Positions 37,502 through 52,900 of a stretch of 64,000 bases of DNA are shown one piece after another. The notes below the pieces were generated by a model that was not told the DNA's origin, did no database searches, and was given only the letters and a program-made list of their open reading frames with translations. The stretch covers positions 25,916,001-25,980,000 of the forward strand of contig CDPCPM010000060.1 in assembly GCA_976551045.1 (NCBI GenBank), given 5' to 3'. This DNA comes from Glaucostegus cemiculus. Its lineage: Eukaryota. The position numbers and the translations under genes were made by a program. Each line of letters opens with the position of its first letter. Within the stretch, counting starts at the first letter, position 1.

Positions 37502-39939
37502 CCATTTAGTTTCAAAAATTTAGTTGTACAGTCTTTTATGACTTCCTACTATTGTTGAAGGCACTATGCAAATACAAGTCTTTCTTATTTTCCTTAATGA
37601 GCACTGCTGAGATTTTCATATTTGTTCACTGTTTTGATACTTACATGGAAAAGACTCCATGGCGATAAAGAACCTTTCAAACAAAGGTGTCTGGACGGAG
37701 TGGTGATTTATGGAATATTATTCTATCATCTCTTGGGTTTGAATGTGGCACTGTGCAACTTGCCAATGCTCCCTATCTCTCTCGAGCTCCAATTTAATTT
37801 AGTGCACATCTCAGCGAAATTCAGTCTTATTTCACTGAATATCTCTGTAAGCAGCTTTCTCTGGAAAGAATCCACCAGCAGGAAGAGCTTCAACCAGACC
37901 AGACCTGAGGCAACAGTAGTATGATGTGGCAACATGTGGTATTAGTGTGGAAATGATGGCGTAGAAAGCTAGCACAGACCTGATCAAACTCATTGTAAGT
38001 GAGCAAAGATTACAGAATGATGTATTAATACTGAGAATTCTTTATTTTATGGTAAACTACAATCTATCAGGCCACCTTTTAACTTTTGGTTGTCTCTGGC
38101 TCCCTTATTAGGCCTCAGAGTTTTATATCTTTAGCTTATTACCGGATTTATACTACCTCCATCTCTAACCATACATTCCCTGCTTTATTGATTCCAGAAA
38201 GGAATAAAGGGAGTCACAGCAAATGAAAGGGTTTGTAGTAATAGTTAAATGAGACCATGAGGAAACCAAATTAATGAATTTAAACCTTCTTTGCATCATA
38301 TCTTTGATATGAGATCAATTCAATTAATTTTTTAGGTTAGAGTTTATCACAAATAGTTCAGGTTGTTATCTCAGTTGTCTTGCAATTTTTTTTATCTGCC
38401 TTTAACATGACTACAGAATACAAAGGAATATCAGTTTGGGTTAAAGATGTACTAATAAGCCATAATTTTATATGATTTGTTTGATGCAAGGATACAGCAA
38501 TAAACCAATGGGAAGTTGATGAACATTGGTACATTTGCAAGGAACTTCCTGCCTATACTGTCAATACGACTGTAGCAATTGTAAACGAACCATTTGCAAT
38601 AGCATTTTTCAAAATTCCATCTTTTATTTAAGTGCTGGCATACAGATGTAGGCGTTTTCCTGAGCTGAGAAGAGCAATGGGGAGGCAATGCAAGCAATTA
38701 CTGCAAGAGTACACTCTCAAAGCCTATCACTATTGAAGGGTCTGTCTTTCCAATGAATGAAACTCTTAAACATTAAAGTTACCTCTCTGCTACATTACCC
38801 CTGAAACCACATTATCTGAGCATTATTATTTTGCATTGGATGACCATACTCTGTAACAAATTGACAATTATATGCCTACCATGTCCAGTGGTGGGCCAAT
38901 CGGCCCATTTGGTTTGGGCTGTACGGAAATCTCCTCCCAGCCTCAGTGCTCCAACACACAGCGGCAATGTGACCAAGTCTAACTGCAAAAGGCCAACTTG
39001 GAATACACACAGCAAGACGAAATAGCCCTGATCTCCGATAAAATATTTTTTTAAAAAGAAAATGGAGGGTATTTCTCCATTGGTCAATTATTTGAACAGA
39101 TGCAGAATAAATGGAAACAGAGTGCTGGAAACACTCAGTGGGTCAGGCAGCATGTGATAGATACACATCAAGCATACTTCATTAGCTGTAGCGCAGTTCG
39201 GAAACACTGAAGTTTGTGAGAATCATCATATATTTACTTTCAACGCAAGCAATGTTACTTGCAGTATCAAGGCAGCAACTGGACATTCATGGAATTTGCC
39301 CTGAGACCAACCCGGTGAAACTGAGGTCAACTATCTGCATCAAGATGGTCCCTCTCTCAACATTAGATGGGCAATTTGCCATCTGTTGGATTGAGACTGA
39401 CACGAGCAAGTCCGGGGGGTTACCGCCTGCCATACGCCATGCATCCAGTCTCAAGCCTCCTCCGCCAGTGGTTAGTCCGGGGAGATGGCTCCCTCAGCAC
39501 CAGCCGCACACTGCGGAGTTGATGTCGAGCAAAATACGGCAGATGCTGGAAACCTGAAATTAAACACAGGAGGAATTGGAAACACACAGGCAGGTCAGGC
39601 AACAGTTGTGCAGAGTTGACTTGCCAGGTTCATGAACCTTTTATATTAACTCCTGCCTTCTCTCCACTGATGCTCCCTGACCGAGTATTTTCTGATCTGA
39701 TCCCTGTTTCCAATACACCTTTCAACCCAGGTGCAAGGTGCAGTTGGACTACTTTTGTCAGCAGGGGTGTTAACGAATCAGGAGAGCATGGTGAGGAGAT
39801 AGAGTCAACATTCAGATCTGCCCGGGTTTAACTGAGTGGCCAGCAGACTGGGCTGGATGGCCTCCTCCTGTGCCTTTGCAAGTGTTCACCTGTGTCAAGT
39901 GGTTTCCCTTTATTGGCCGGGTGGGCTATAAATCGGAAT

Positions 39940-41520
39940 TAAAGTTTGGATTGACGAGAGGAGGTGTCAGGAGTTCCTGGGAAGGGTATCCCGCCACTTG
40001 GCCCCATTGTTACAAACTTTGCATTCAACCTCCCTTCGTCATGTCAGCTGTAAGAGCAGCGGGGGGCGGATTCAGGGATGGAAACGAGCAGGATGTCCCA
40101 TCCACACGCTCTGGACATTTGAACATGGGAAGAGGGAGTTCCGCACATTCCCAGGACCCTTCAGCTGGAAAATCCAGAATTCCAACCGATTCCCCAACGT
40201 GGCCGCGACTAGCGCTCGCCGTCCCTCGGCGGGCGGCGGACGGGATAAGCTCAAACTGTCTCCCGCCCCCTCCCCTCCCCATCCTTTCTGTTCCACCCAA
40301 GTTGTGCTGCGTCCAACTTTGAGCCCACTGCGACGTTGCGCCAACGTTGCGAAACGGCCCAGTGTTGCTCCTTAGAAAGCTGCAACGTTGCTCTTGGATC
40401 GACGCAAACGAAACCGTGCAAATTTCCGTCCAAGTGCAAGATCTGGATTGGGACCAAGCATCCAGGCGACAGGCAGACATTGCGTGGGGGATCTTCCCTG
40501 ACAGTTCAGCCAGGACAAGGGCTTTGTATCACAACACTAGACCAATGTAGAAAGCCCACAGCCCCGCAATCTCGCTCTCACCCCCCACCCCCACCCCCAG
40601 TCAACCCCCAACATCAGTGCGAGCGGGAAGGATTTCACCTGAGAGGGATTAAGTTTCCTTTAGATGCTTCCATGAGCCAGGTAGACAATCCTAGCTCATT
40701 CGTTGACCCGTCATGTTCCGCCCACCCCAACACATCCTGAAGTAAGAGCCCCGGGTCGGCGATGTACCCGGAATACACACGGTTGTCAGTTTCCTTTGGT
40801 TCCAAACTTCGTAGAAATGAACAGGAGACGTCCCCCCGCGAAACGGGCAGTGTGTAGAAAATGAGTTAACCGCGCAGACTGACTCTTTTCGTTAAAACAA
40901 AAGTAGACTTAATTCTGGCAAAGTTTGAGATCTTAAAAAGTCACTCGTAGTAAACTTAATTATTTCCAAAAAAAAAGTGGGGCTCGGGGTTTCGTGTAAT
41001 AAATTGGACGGTGAACTGGTTCTCTTCCAGTGTACATTGAAACGCGCCACCTAAGATGGACACCTAACGAGAAGGGGAAGGCACAGTCTCTGCCGTGCCT
41101 GCAGTGTTGATGGGTTACATAGAACGGGGAGCTGGAAATATAATTGGAAGAGATGGTGGGGGGGTTCCTTAACGTTCTTACCAATGACTTCAGAACAGAA
41201 TTGAACGAAAAGCCGCCCGCCGAACGAAGTTCCAAACTGCGATGGGTGACATGTGCCGTTTTGTCAAGTGTTCTGAATTTAACTAGCGACAGTGAAAATA
41301 AAACGTCAAGTTTGCACTAAGGATGGGGGTTAGAGGCAGGGAGGGGGGAGGGGTGATGGCGAGAAGACAATGCAAGTTGCAAACACCTTTCAAGGCAGCA
41401 GCGAGTTTGCTGATCCTGGGATCAACTGGTGTAAACATATCCCTCTTCCCGCACTGAGCGCCACAGACATTACCTTTACAATGGTTGCTGTATTTCCAAA
41501 GCACGCGAAAATAAATTTGC
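39940..41520. promoter_or_regulatory. Upstream CpG-rich region 3-4.5 kb 5' of the WT1 ATG
   Basis: Visible CpG enrichment (e.g. ggccgcgactagcgctcgccgtccctcggcgggcggcgga), a GC box (CCCGCCCC ~40262) and GCGTGGGGG at 40482; no recognisable transposon. Confidence 0.6.
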
Positions 41521-43739
41521 CTTCGGTCCCTGGAATATAACTTTGGACAGTGTTCCAGCTCTCTGCCACTCCCGCTGTACCGACAACACTGCCTCTCCCA
41601 AGGTGTTTGTTTTTAACAGCATTAATTCTGAACCTCCAAACATATCAACTCAGCTTTCTACACACCCTTTCTATCCAAAGAATCGTTTCAAATTCAAATA
41701 ATTTTAATCACTCCGCTATCTCCCAACCTGCAAAATTCGTTCTTAACCTGCCTTTTCATTCACTTTAAGCAAAGAAAAATATCAAATGATTTAAAGTCTT
41801 CCTGCAAAGTTCAAGTTTCGCCATCCAATTTGGATTTTTGAATAAATTACTATCCTCTTTTTAATTTTCTCTTCGTCTTATTTTTTTCCTTAACTAATGA
41901 TTTAAAACAAAAATCAACCGCTTAAAACGTGTTTAAAAATAATATTGAAATGTTTGACATTCTGCGGGAAATAACAAGCTTTTCCAGAGACCCCGACACG
42001 TTCACATTTGGTTAAGTTTGTGTGTTGTAAAAACAAAATCATACACCTGGCCGGTCTGCCTTCCCTTTCAAACCCTCCTGTGTTCTCCTTCCAGCTGCCG
42101 TCCCAGTCACAAGTCAGAGCGATCTATCGAAGGATTGTGCGGTGCAACTAACTGTAAGCGAAATAATAATAATATTAATTTCAATAAACACGCAATTATC
42201 TTCCACATTATGCGCAGGGCTCAACTCGATTTAAAGAAGGTATGTCAGATCTCAGCAGGTTGGGGCAGAAAAAACGTCATTTTTTCTTCCCCTCAATCGT
42301 TTAGCAGGCAAAAAAAAGATGTCCCAAAATGGGACGTGCTCGTCTTCCTCTTTATGTGAGGCATTTTGAGTGGTCAAGAAATGATTGCTGTCTTTCGGTA
42401 ACTTTTTCTCGTGGTTATTGATTAATGGGTCTTTTCCTTAACCTCCACAAAACTGTTTGGAACTTTTGATGTGATTATTGTTTTTGGGCCGTAACAATAA
42501 AGCCATGGTGCCATTTTGTACCTTCACCGGCACACATGCCCTTCCTAAGTGTGTCGAAGCATTTGTATGGGAGCTCCGGGGTATATTATCTAAAACGAAC
42601 CATTCTTCTAACACAGCTGTTACTGTAAAGAAATCATAAAGACGCAATCCGACCGGGAAAGTTGAACATCGCCCCGTGTCACTCTTCAAATTTTGTGGCT
42701 GTGAATTTTATGAATGCCTGCGATTAGAGCGGCGGCAAGATATGAATGAATATAATTTACAGCTCAGTGTAGTTCAGCGTGTGCGTAAACACAGCCACAG
42801 ACTGCAAATTCATGTACTCAATTACTCTGTAGAAATCTTTCTGTGTCACTATAAGTGTTCCGGCACCGAGGAACAAATTCGGTCCAGCATGTCACACTGC
42901 AGAGTTTATTATAAAATGTTAACAAATTAACACCATGTTTTTTAAAAAATAGAAGCGTGTGAAATGCACGACATAACTGCGCGACTCGCACCTGTTTCCC
43001 TGAACTCTTGCCACTAGCTGTCCGCTGGTGTGGATTTCACCTGTGTACTGACTTCAGTCTCCATTAACCTGAACTGTTTTTTTTTGAAGACAGCAAATTT
43101 AACGAGCTCTGTTTAACTGACCATCAGACCCCTGGACCGTGTGAAAATTAAAAGGAAAACATGCCAGGCAACAAGTAATCGCCTGCGAGGGGAGACTTCA
43201 TTAACGTTTAAATGCCGTTTATGCGCTGCCCGCTTCTTTAATGGATTGAGGTCTGTCACTTGGAACTGATGTCTCTCTCCTGTTCGGTGATTTTTTTTTT
43301 CTTCTGTAAAGCTAATGGTTCATTTATATTTACACCATCCCCTCGTTCCAAATAGCCAGCACACCGGTCAATAACCCCGTCGTGTGCAGACTAAGATTAA
43401 GCAATAATTTGATAGTTAACACATTCAGGGCAAATGACCAACATTTTATTGTTGTTGCTCTATTGTAACTCAATCTACAATTAACTCAGTGTACAGCTAA
43501 TTACAATACATTGCCCCATAACTGAGCAGTGACCACAGAATAAATTTTAATTTTTTTTTAAAGACCCACGCTCATCACCGAGATGTTACTGGAATGAAGT
43601 GTGATTGTCGAATTAAAATCGAAAAGGATTTATTCTTTAAAAAAAAACCAAAACATAGTTCATCCACAGGTTTAAAACGCCCAACAAATACGAAAGCGTA
43701 ATTTCTTGCCCGATTTATAAACTGCCCAATTTCAATTTG

Positions 43740-45290
<1,551 letters not shown>

Positions 45291-46466
45291 AATCTGGACA
45301 TTTTTTATTTAAAGAATAATAATTTTCCTCAGCTGGTATCTGACCGTGAGTGCGCACTGATTTATTCCAGAATACTTCCTGACCCAAATTTCAAAAACCG
45401 GCATCAGTTCTCGTTTAATGGACTAAATTAAAACAGAAAATACCGGAGTCACTCAGATGTCTGATCTGCTGAGTGTTTCCGACATTTTCTGTTGTTTTCC
45501 CCCAGATTTCTAACATTGTTATTTACTGTTTAAATGGTGCTGTGACTGTCAGAGGCATATTGAGGCGAGTGCAAGTTTTTTGAGGGCGAAATGAAACTTT
45601 GACAGGAGTGATATTCTAAACTTCATGTAGATATTCACCTGGATGTAGAGGCGTTTGCACCAAATAGCGATGAACACTGACTGCATTTATCAAAATCCCC
45701 TTTAGAGATGTGGCAATGTCCTGTACAAAATGAACCATCAAAAGGATAGTGAAGAAAATATAAAATGCATTGCAGATGTTTTTGTCTTTTCTCGTTCCCG
45801 CGCTGCCAGTTTTGTTCAAATTAAGTGATTTTTTTTTTATGTACTCGTATAATCTCGATTACCAACTAAAAACTGACAGGTAGAAGAAAGACTAACTATG
45901 GATGTAATACCTGGAGGGAAAATAAACTTGTTTCGTTGTAGGAAACGTTAACTGACGATACCGAGGTTCTACCGAGATAATAATTCTCTCACTATTTATA
46001 ATACACGCAAACCTCGAACATTACTGCCAATGAGTTGTAGCTCATTTTTAATGAGTCATATAATCTTGCTTTTGAAGGGCAATTTAAAGGTCAGTGCGTG
46101 ACATGAACCCAAGTAATTGGAATCTGTAGCCAAGTAAAGAGGAAATTGTGCGAGATCTTAAAACGGCGATAACCCCAAGACGTTAGTTTTAACGGGAGGG
46201 ATCCACTCGGTGTCTGTACAGAGAGGGCACCGGTGACGGCTGGTGCGCCACTAAAGTTTATTGAATAGACGAGAGTTACATCATTGTTGTGAAGGTTGTA
46301 ATGCGGGAAGGAAGGAGAGCGAGTTATATTTAAACTTATTGATCCTATTCTACGTGTTGCATTAACATTTACCATAGCGGATCTCCGACTAATGGGTTGA
46401 TTTTAAAAATATCTGGTGTCTTCTAAATTCATATTTCGCTTCTCTTTGAAAATCCTCATTTTTAAA

Positions 46467-46652
46467 NNNNNNNNNNNNNNNNNNNNNNNNNNNNNNNNNN
46501 NNNNNNNNNNNNNNNNNNNNNNNNNNNNNNNNNNNNNNNNNNNNNNNNNNNNNNNNNNNNNNNNNNNNNNNNNNNNNNNNNNNNNNNNNNNNNNNNNNNN
46601 NNNNNNNNNNNNNNNNNNNNNNNNNNNNNNNNNNNNNNNNNNNNNNNNNNNN
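46467..46652. other. Assembly gap (186 N)
   Basis: Run of N bases. Confidence 0.99.
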
Positions 46653-49600
46653 TAACTCCCCTCAGACTTGCTGATATAAAAATAAAGAATTTCACTGGAA
46701 TTTGACTTTTAACAACGAAGGCATGGAATGAACGGGGGAAGCAGAGTATTTTTATCAAGGAACACTGCTTTAACAGATTAAAGTGTCAGTAACTGGGAGT
46801 GAGTAGGTTGCATCTGAACATTAAAAAAAAACTACAGATACCTGTAATCTGAAATAAAACCAGAAAATATTGGAAGCACTCACAGGTGCTGCCTAACCTG
46901 CTAAATGTTTCCAGCATTTTCTGTTTTTATTTATTCTGCATCTGTTTGACTTGGCCAATGGGGAAATAATTACGTCTTCTTTAAAAAGAGACATTTTCGT
47001 TTGAGAGCAGGACTGTTGTGACTAGCGGCGCCCGTGCTAAATTGTTCCTTCGCGCTTGTTGACGTCGCTGCTGTTATGCACGATCATCAAGGGTAGAGGG
47101 TCTCCGCACAGAACGAACCAGGCGGGCCGAGCGGCCTGCTACAGACGCACATGCTGCAGAGTAGATTTGGCATCTCAAGGTTCACTGTCTGGCCGGAATG
47201 CTGGTCGTGGGAAAGACGTTACCTTGGTGCGAAGATTACCTTCTGCCAAGTCTGGCCCGGGCGGTGTTAAAACGCGACATCTCCCTTTACAGAGGGCACA
47301 GCTGCGCTCCCCTCCCGAATAACGAGAGTCTCGGAAATCTGGGGAACGTCAGCGATTTTTCAGCACACTCCAATCAATTCCCCCCCATTTGACATCCCCG
47401 ATAAGACCTTTTAATTAAAAAAAGGGACCTGGATATCAATTAATTTGTTCGGAACTAAAGGTGGGGGAGGAGGGAGGGGAGAGTATAGAGGGCGATATCA
47501 CAACCGTCCCCCCACCCCCCAAACTTTGCGAGACCAATTTATACCGGAAGAACGGCAGCCGCAAAGAATCTAATCCTACTGCTTTGAGCAAATTTGAAGG
47601 TCATCGCCCCAGTTGCTTGGCTTCTCAAAAACGAGCCTCAGTGTAATCTCTGCGACATTTCCTAAAGTACTGGACTGCCAAAAACTGCCGTTATTCCTTG
47701 CAAATATGCAGACTTGATAAAGGAATCAGTGAAACAAAATACAGCCATTAAACAGACGTGTGTTGTCTATTCAAAGTCCTATTTACAGGGAGGTCCACTG
47801 CACAGGATGATTCGGGGGGGAAAACAGAAATGTCAAAACACAGCAAACACATTCAAAAAGGTTTCATCACAGAACCTTGAAATTCAAACCGGAGTAGGAA
47901 TATTTGAACAGCGCAGTTTCACGCGTTACCGAGTGATTGATAAATCCTGGGGGTTATTTGGGAGCAGAATTCCAAACGCCGGATCTGCGTTACGTTTTGT
48001 TAATTTTCGAACTCCCATTTCTAAATTAGGTTGAGGCCTCCGCGTTTTGCCCATTAGTAATATCCTAGTTGTTCGCGGGGATATTTTAAACTACAATAAC
48101 GTGATTTTATTTATTTTAACCATCCGGTTTCGGATAGAAAAATAACTTTTCCATCATTATCGCCAAAATAATGTGATAAATGAACAATATAATTTATCCT
48201 GTTATTCTGAAGGACTTTCCCAAGCTAGTTTACAATGTCCAGCCTAAACTATTCGCTAGGTGTGTTTGATAACCAATTTCAAATCTGTCAGCGTTTGGTG
48301 ATAGATAATCCGCCAACACTGTCAAGAGTTAGCCGGTGGATTCTCTGTAGTTTTCACCACCTTAAATTTGAGGTTTAAATTTTTATTTCGTAACATACTA
48401 AACCTCAGATCCGCTATTACACCGTTTTATATATTAATTCTATATTTATTTCCCATGCTATTGGATCTGGGGGATTGTATATAACTGTATCCCCCCAAAA
48501 AAGTAACGAATCGTTCGCAAAATTTTAAATCAGGATCCTCTTAAATCAACTTTAGCATACATTTAAATGTTGACATTTGTGCATATTTCGGGAATCGGAG
48601 ATAATTTCCGTGCCACTTTAAGTTTTTTTGCTCGTGTTGTCGCTTAGCTTACATTAAAGTGGGGGAGGGTTTGAGGAGCTGGTCGCTCGGAGGGTATCAG
48701 TGTCGGCGAGTTTATAGCTGGATCGGGGACAGGTAACTCGCTCAACTCGGCCCGAAGCCGTGTGCTGATATACCATCGGGTCCACCAACTGTTGGCCTGT
48801 GGATTTAACCCCGAAAATATAAACGTGCATCTAGTCATGACAACCGATTTATGCGTGAAAGCGCTTGTTGGGTGTTACAAAGAAACCCGAATATTGCATT
48901 TGATTCTGTCGTTGACTCCGGGAAAGGATTATAACCGATGTGATTCCGTGGACGTGACGTGTTTGTGGCAATTCCGATGAAAGGAACACGCGCAATTTTC
49001 ACCCTTATCGAATTATGCGTCAAATGGGCGTGAATCGGCCCTTGCCCGCAGTTCAAGTTGACCGCCGGCTGAGTTATGAACGAAAAAGAACTCTTTAAAC
49101 ACACACACACACACACACACACAATTTCAATTAGATCAGGAATCCGGCGCTGATTTATAAACAGACGAGACAATTTAAAGTCTGTGTTAATTGGGGGCGA
49201 GGAGTTACTTGGTTATTTATTTGCACTGAGCCAGTTTGCTTTAGGTGGGCGAAGGCAATTGAATTTTTTTGTACAGGGCGATGGAGCGGCGGCAGTTTTT
49301 TTTCCCCCCTTGTTTCGGGCGCAGACTCGGGCGTGACCCCGGGAGCACATCCCCGATTAATCCCACACCTTGCACCTTGTCGGCGCGGAGATGAAGACGG
49401 TGAGAAGAACAAACGCGAAGACAGCCCACTCACAGGGCTATCAAGAGAAGCCTTCCTGTTATAAATTACACCCATTAATTTGGAATCAACGTCCCTCTTG
49501 TGTTTTGATTCCATCACCAAAAAGGCTCGGTTTACTGCATGTTGAATGCATTTGATTTTGTTATTTTTCTTCCTGAAACGTGCAGACGCTTTCCCGGGAA

Positions 49601-49699
49601 GGGACTTGCACGAACACAACAGCGTCTTATACATTCCCATTGCATTTAATACCGAGCACATTTGGGAATTCATTCTAAGTGCCATCAAGCCAAGTGATG

Positions 49700-49950
49700 G
49701 TGAGGTAGGGCATTATCCCAAGTCCTGCTCTCTTGATCTCCCAGTCTACCTCGTCCTGGCCCGTGCACTGTATTTGTCTACTCGCCTTGCACAGTGTCAG
49801 TAACCGGAACATTATATTCTGCATTGTGTTTTTCTCCTTTTGCGTTACCTCGATGTACTTATGTATGGAACGATCTGTCTGGATGGTACACAGACAAAGA
49901 CTTTTCACTGTCTCTTGGTGCATGTGACAATTAATAAACCAATTACCAAA
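49700..49950 (+). mobile_element. Rex/Babar-type 3'UTR fragment within WT1 intron 1
   Basis: Reverse complement of the 8461-8665 and 55720-55930 family. Confidence 0.65.
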
Positions 49951-52900
49951 CACTGCAGCGTTAACGCACAGGTGTGGTCTCCGCGCCCACAGTACCGCGA
50001 GGATCAGCTCAAAGCGAGGATTTCACAGATAATAGAAGTCGGCAGCTACATCTGAAAAGACAAACGTGGAATAAATGTACTCTGAACACAAGAACCAGGG
50101 AATTTCACAAACTAAAGACATTCGTTTTAAAGCTGCTCCTGCAATGGAGCGCGTTTTGCTCTGAGTTTTGGGACATTGTCCTTTTTTTGTTGAATTAAAT
50201 TCAACCATCCCCGAATATTCAGGAATTACATTCCGTGCATTTTGTTATCCGCCTCGCTGTAGGGATATTTCCAAATGCGCCGTTTACCTGGACTAAACTC
50301 GCTATTTTAAATGCTTTTGATTTTATTTTAAGACCAGTTCCTCTAAAGGAGCACTCGAAGTCTTTAAATTTTAGACGGAATGGCGCGGATTAAACATTCG
50401 CAGGGTTAGAATCCCGTTTCCAACTCAGAGCGAGCTCGAATAGACGCAGGTCTCCGAAATAACTTCACTGATCTTTATCAGCTATTCCAGAACAAAATAC
50501 ATAACGAATGTTCGCAGGCCGCGACTGCAATTAACATTGCTGTTCAAAATTAGGAAAGGTGAACGAGTGCTATCCCATGGCCGCAATCTTGTTTATAGCA
50601 ATCAAAAGTCGGAAGAGTTGAAATCAAGGTCTTAAATAATTGCAAATTTACTGTAAAATTAGCTGCAACACTTCATTTATCGGTATGCACAAGTTATGAC
50701 AGGAATTTTGCATGCCTGAATTGTCCCACCGATGTTAGGTAGCCATGTCTTGCAACAGACTTTTGGACATTCGATAGGAGCCACTGCATTAATTCAGTGG
50801 GAAGGGTGGATCGCACAGCGCCCAGAATTTCGCCAAATGCGACGAAACAGCGCGTTATGTTTCTGCTAAAACTATTGCAGCAGCAACGACCGGGGCTGTT
50901 AACTCCGCGTTTAACGTTAGCAACATCTCGCCGCTTCATTCCTCGGCCCACATTTCGACTCGGTTATTTCGTACCTATTATTTCGTATTAGCAAAACTTC
51001 GTATAAATTCTATTTTTTTTTTTGGTGTGCTTTTGTTTTACGGTTTCCGCTTTGATTTTTTAAATCAGTTCCAAACCGCCCTCTCTTTCGCTTTTATTAA
51101 AGTCTTCAGCCGATTTCAAATCAGATGTAAAATCAGAGATTTGCATTTCCACAGAGTCACAGTGCTTCTGGAGCTGTAACCTTGATTCCAACAGTGAATA
51201 CACGCATTCTGTAGAGGGATACGGATAGACATTGAACGTATGTGCAGAGGAATCTTAAACAATTAAAAGTTCGCAATTCACGCGAATGTATCTGTACAGA
51301 TGTGTGGATTTGGTTGTGGAGTACGTGGATCCAAAAACTGCATTGTTCTACAGAGAACAAGCATTTCTGTGATTAAAATAAGTAGCCAAATTGTTGTAAT
51401 ACCGCGCAGAAGCAAAATCATTGGGGAATATGGAGCCGCAGACGAACAGATATCTGGTGGTGTTTCCCCTGCGTATAAACCCCGGATTATAACGTCTGCA
51501 TGATTATTTAAGGGACTTATCTCAACGAATTTTGAAAACTGTTTAATTAAAAATCAAAGGATATTAATGGGACAAGATTGACCTTCCTGGTTGCAAGGTC
51601 GGGAGACTTACTAACGGGTCAGATTTATCATTGAGAAGTGATATCTGACTTTGATAATTTAGGTCCTTATACATTGACGCTGCATCTGAGGTGGGTCAGA
51701 GGCTGTTTTAAGGGGCCCCCATTGTTTCGTTTTCCCAGAACTTTCTCCCACATGATGGGTAACAGGTACACCCAGTCATGTCTTCGTTTACCTTGAATTC
51801 TCCACTAAACCTCTTCAATGCAGTTTTACCTCCCGACTCATCGCTTAACGCCGAAACCAGGATTATATTCCCGCATCATTCTTGCGGGAAGGATATATAA
51901 ATTCGCTGAATCTAGTTTTATTGAACGCGGTAACAGTTTGCCCGAAGTTCAGACGTGTTCTGAAGGTACATTTCCTTGAAGCGCCCCGTTTACTCTCCAG
52001 ACGTGAAGATCTTTATTGGGTTCAATTTGGAGCTTGTCAAAATCATTCACAAAGTAGTTCATTAAAGTAAAGTGTTTATATCATGTCTCAGTTTTAAAAA
52101 AATGTAGATACGATTGGTATGCAAGACAAGCTTTTCACTGTACCTCGGTACAAGTGACAATAATAAACCAACACCAATACAATAACAGCCTACGCTCCAT
52201 CAACCTATTTTCATAACGCGGGGCTTCAAGATAATGAACGATTCTATTTATTTTCCTCGTCACCTCTTTGAAGCCCAGGTCTGCCTGGGTCTGCACACCA
52301 ATGACACTACCTTGGAATAATAATCAACGCTTCGAGCCAAACACTGCATCATTCTGTTTGTGTTATTAATTGCCCTGCTATAATGTGGGGAAGGTTTAAA
52401 TGAGAGGGTCAGCTACCGTTCCTAAATTATTTTCCTTCATATGCCTTTTGTGAAGATTTGCCTCCTGTGTAGTGTAATTTTTGTCAGATTACATCAAATG
52501 GAGCAAGATGACATTCCAGCCTAACCCCATGTGTGATCTTATCAGCTTCCCCTCTTCTCACCAAATACTTACAGATAAAATTGGATTTTGTTGTGTGAAG
52601 GAAAGTGATTTATATATTACCTAATGAACCACTGAGGTTGGACTAAGTAAAGAATAACAGGCTGCTTTGGAAGTGGAGCAGAAAGCTGTACCATGACTGA
52701 ACATTTCTGACAACAGCAGTGAAGTCTGGAGTTCACTGCAACCAGCAGTGGATCATAAATTCATCAAAATCAAAGATTTTACTGCCTTCTGTAGCTTGGT
52801 CCCATTGTTTTATGTACTTACTGGTAGTATAGGTATTGATCTCCTGGAGAGTAGTCCCTGTGGAGTTGGAACACAAGGTCATGGGATGGGCGGTTCCTTA

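Larger units (their letters stand above)
46100..52000. promoter_or_regulatory. Intronic CpG-retaining region of WT1 intron 1
   Basis: Frequent CpG at moderate GC content, in contrast to the CpG-depleted flanks; few repeats. Confidence 0.55.

Noticed and set aside
46416-46758. ORFs spanning X residues
   Set aside because: Artefacts of the assembly gap.
49050-49064. Estrogen-response-element-like AGTTCAagtTGACCG
   Set aside because: Two mismatches to the consensus; expected by chance in 64 kb.
46700-52000. Alternative first exon equivalent to human AWT1 exon 1a
   Set aside because: No ATG plus phase-1 donor resembling it was identified; scattered donor-like sites (e.g. CAG|GTAACT ~48732) are not sufficient evidence.
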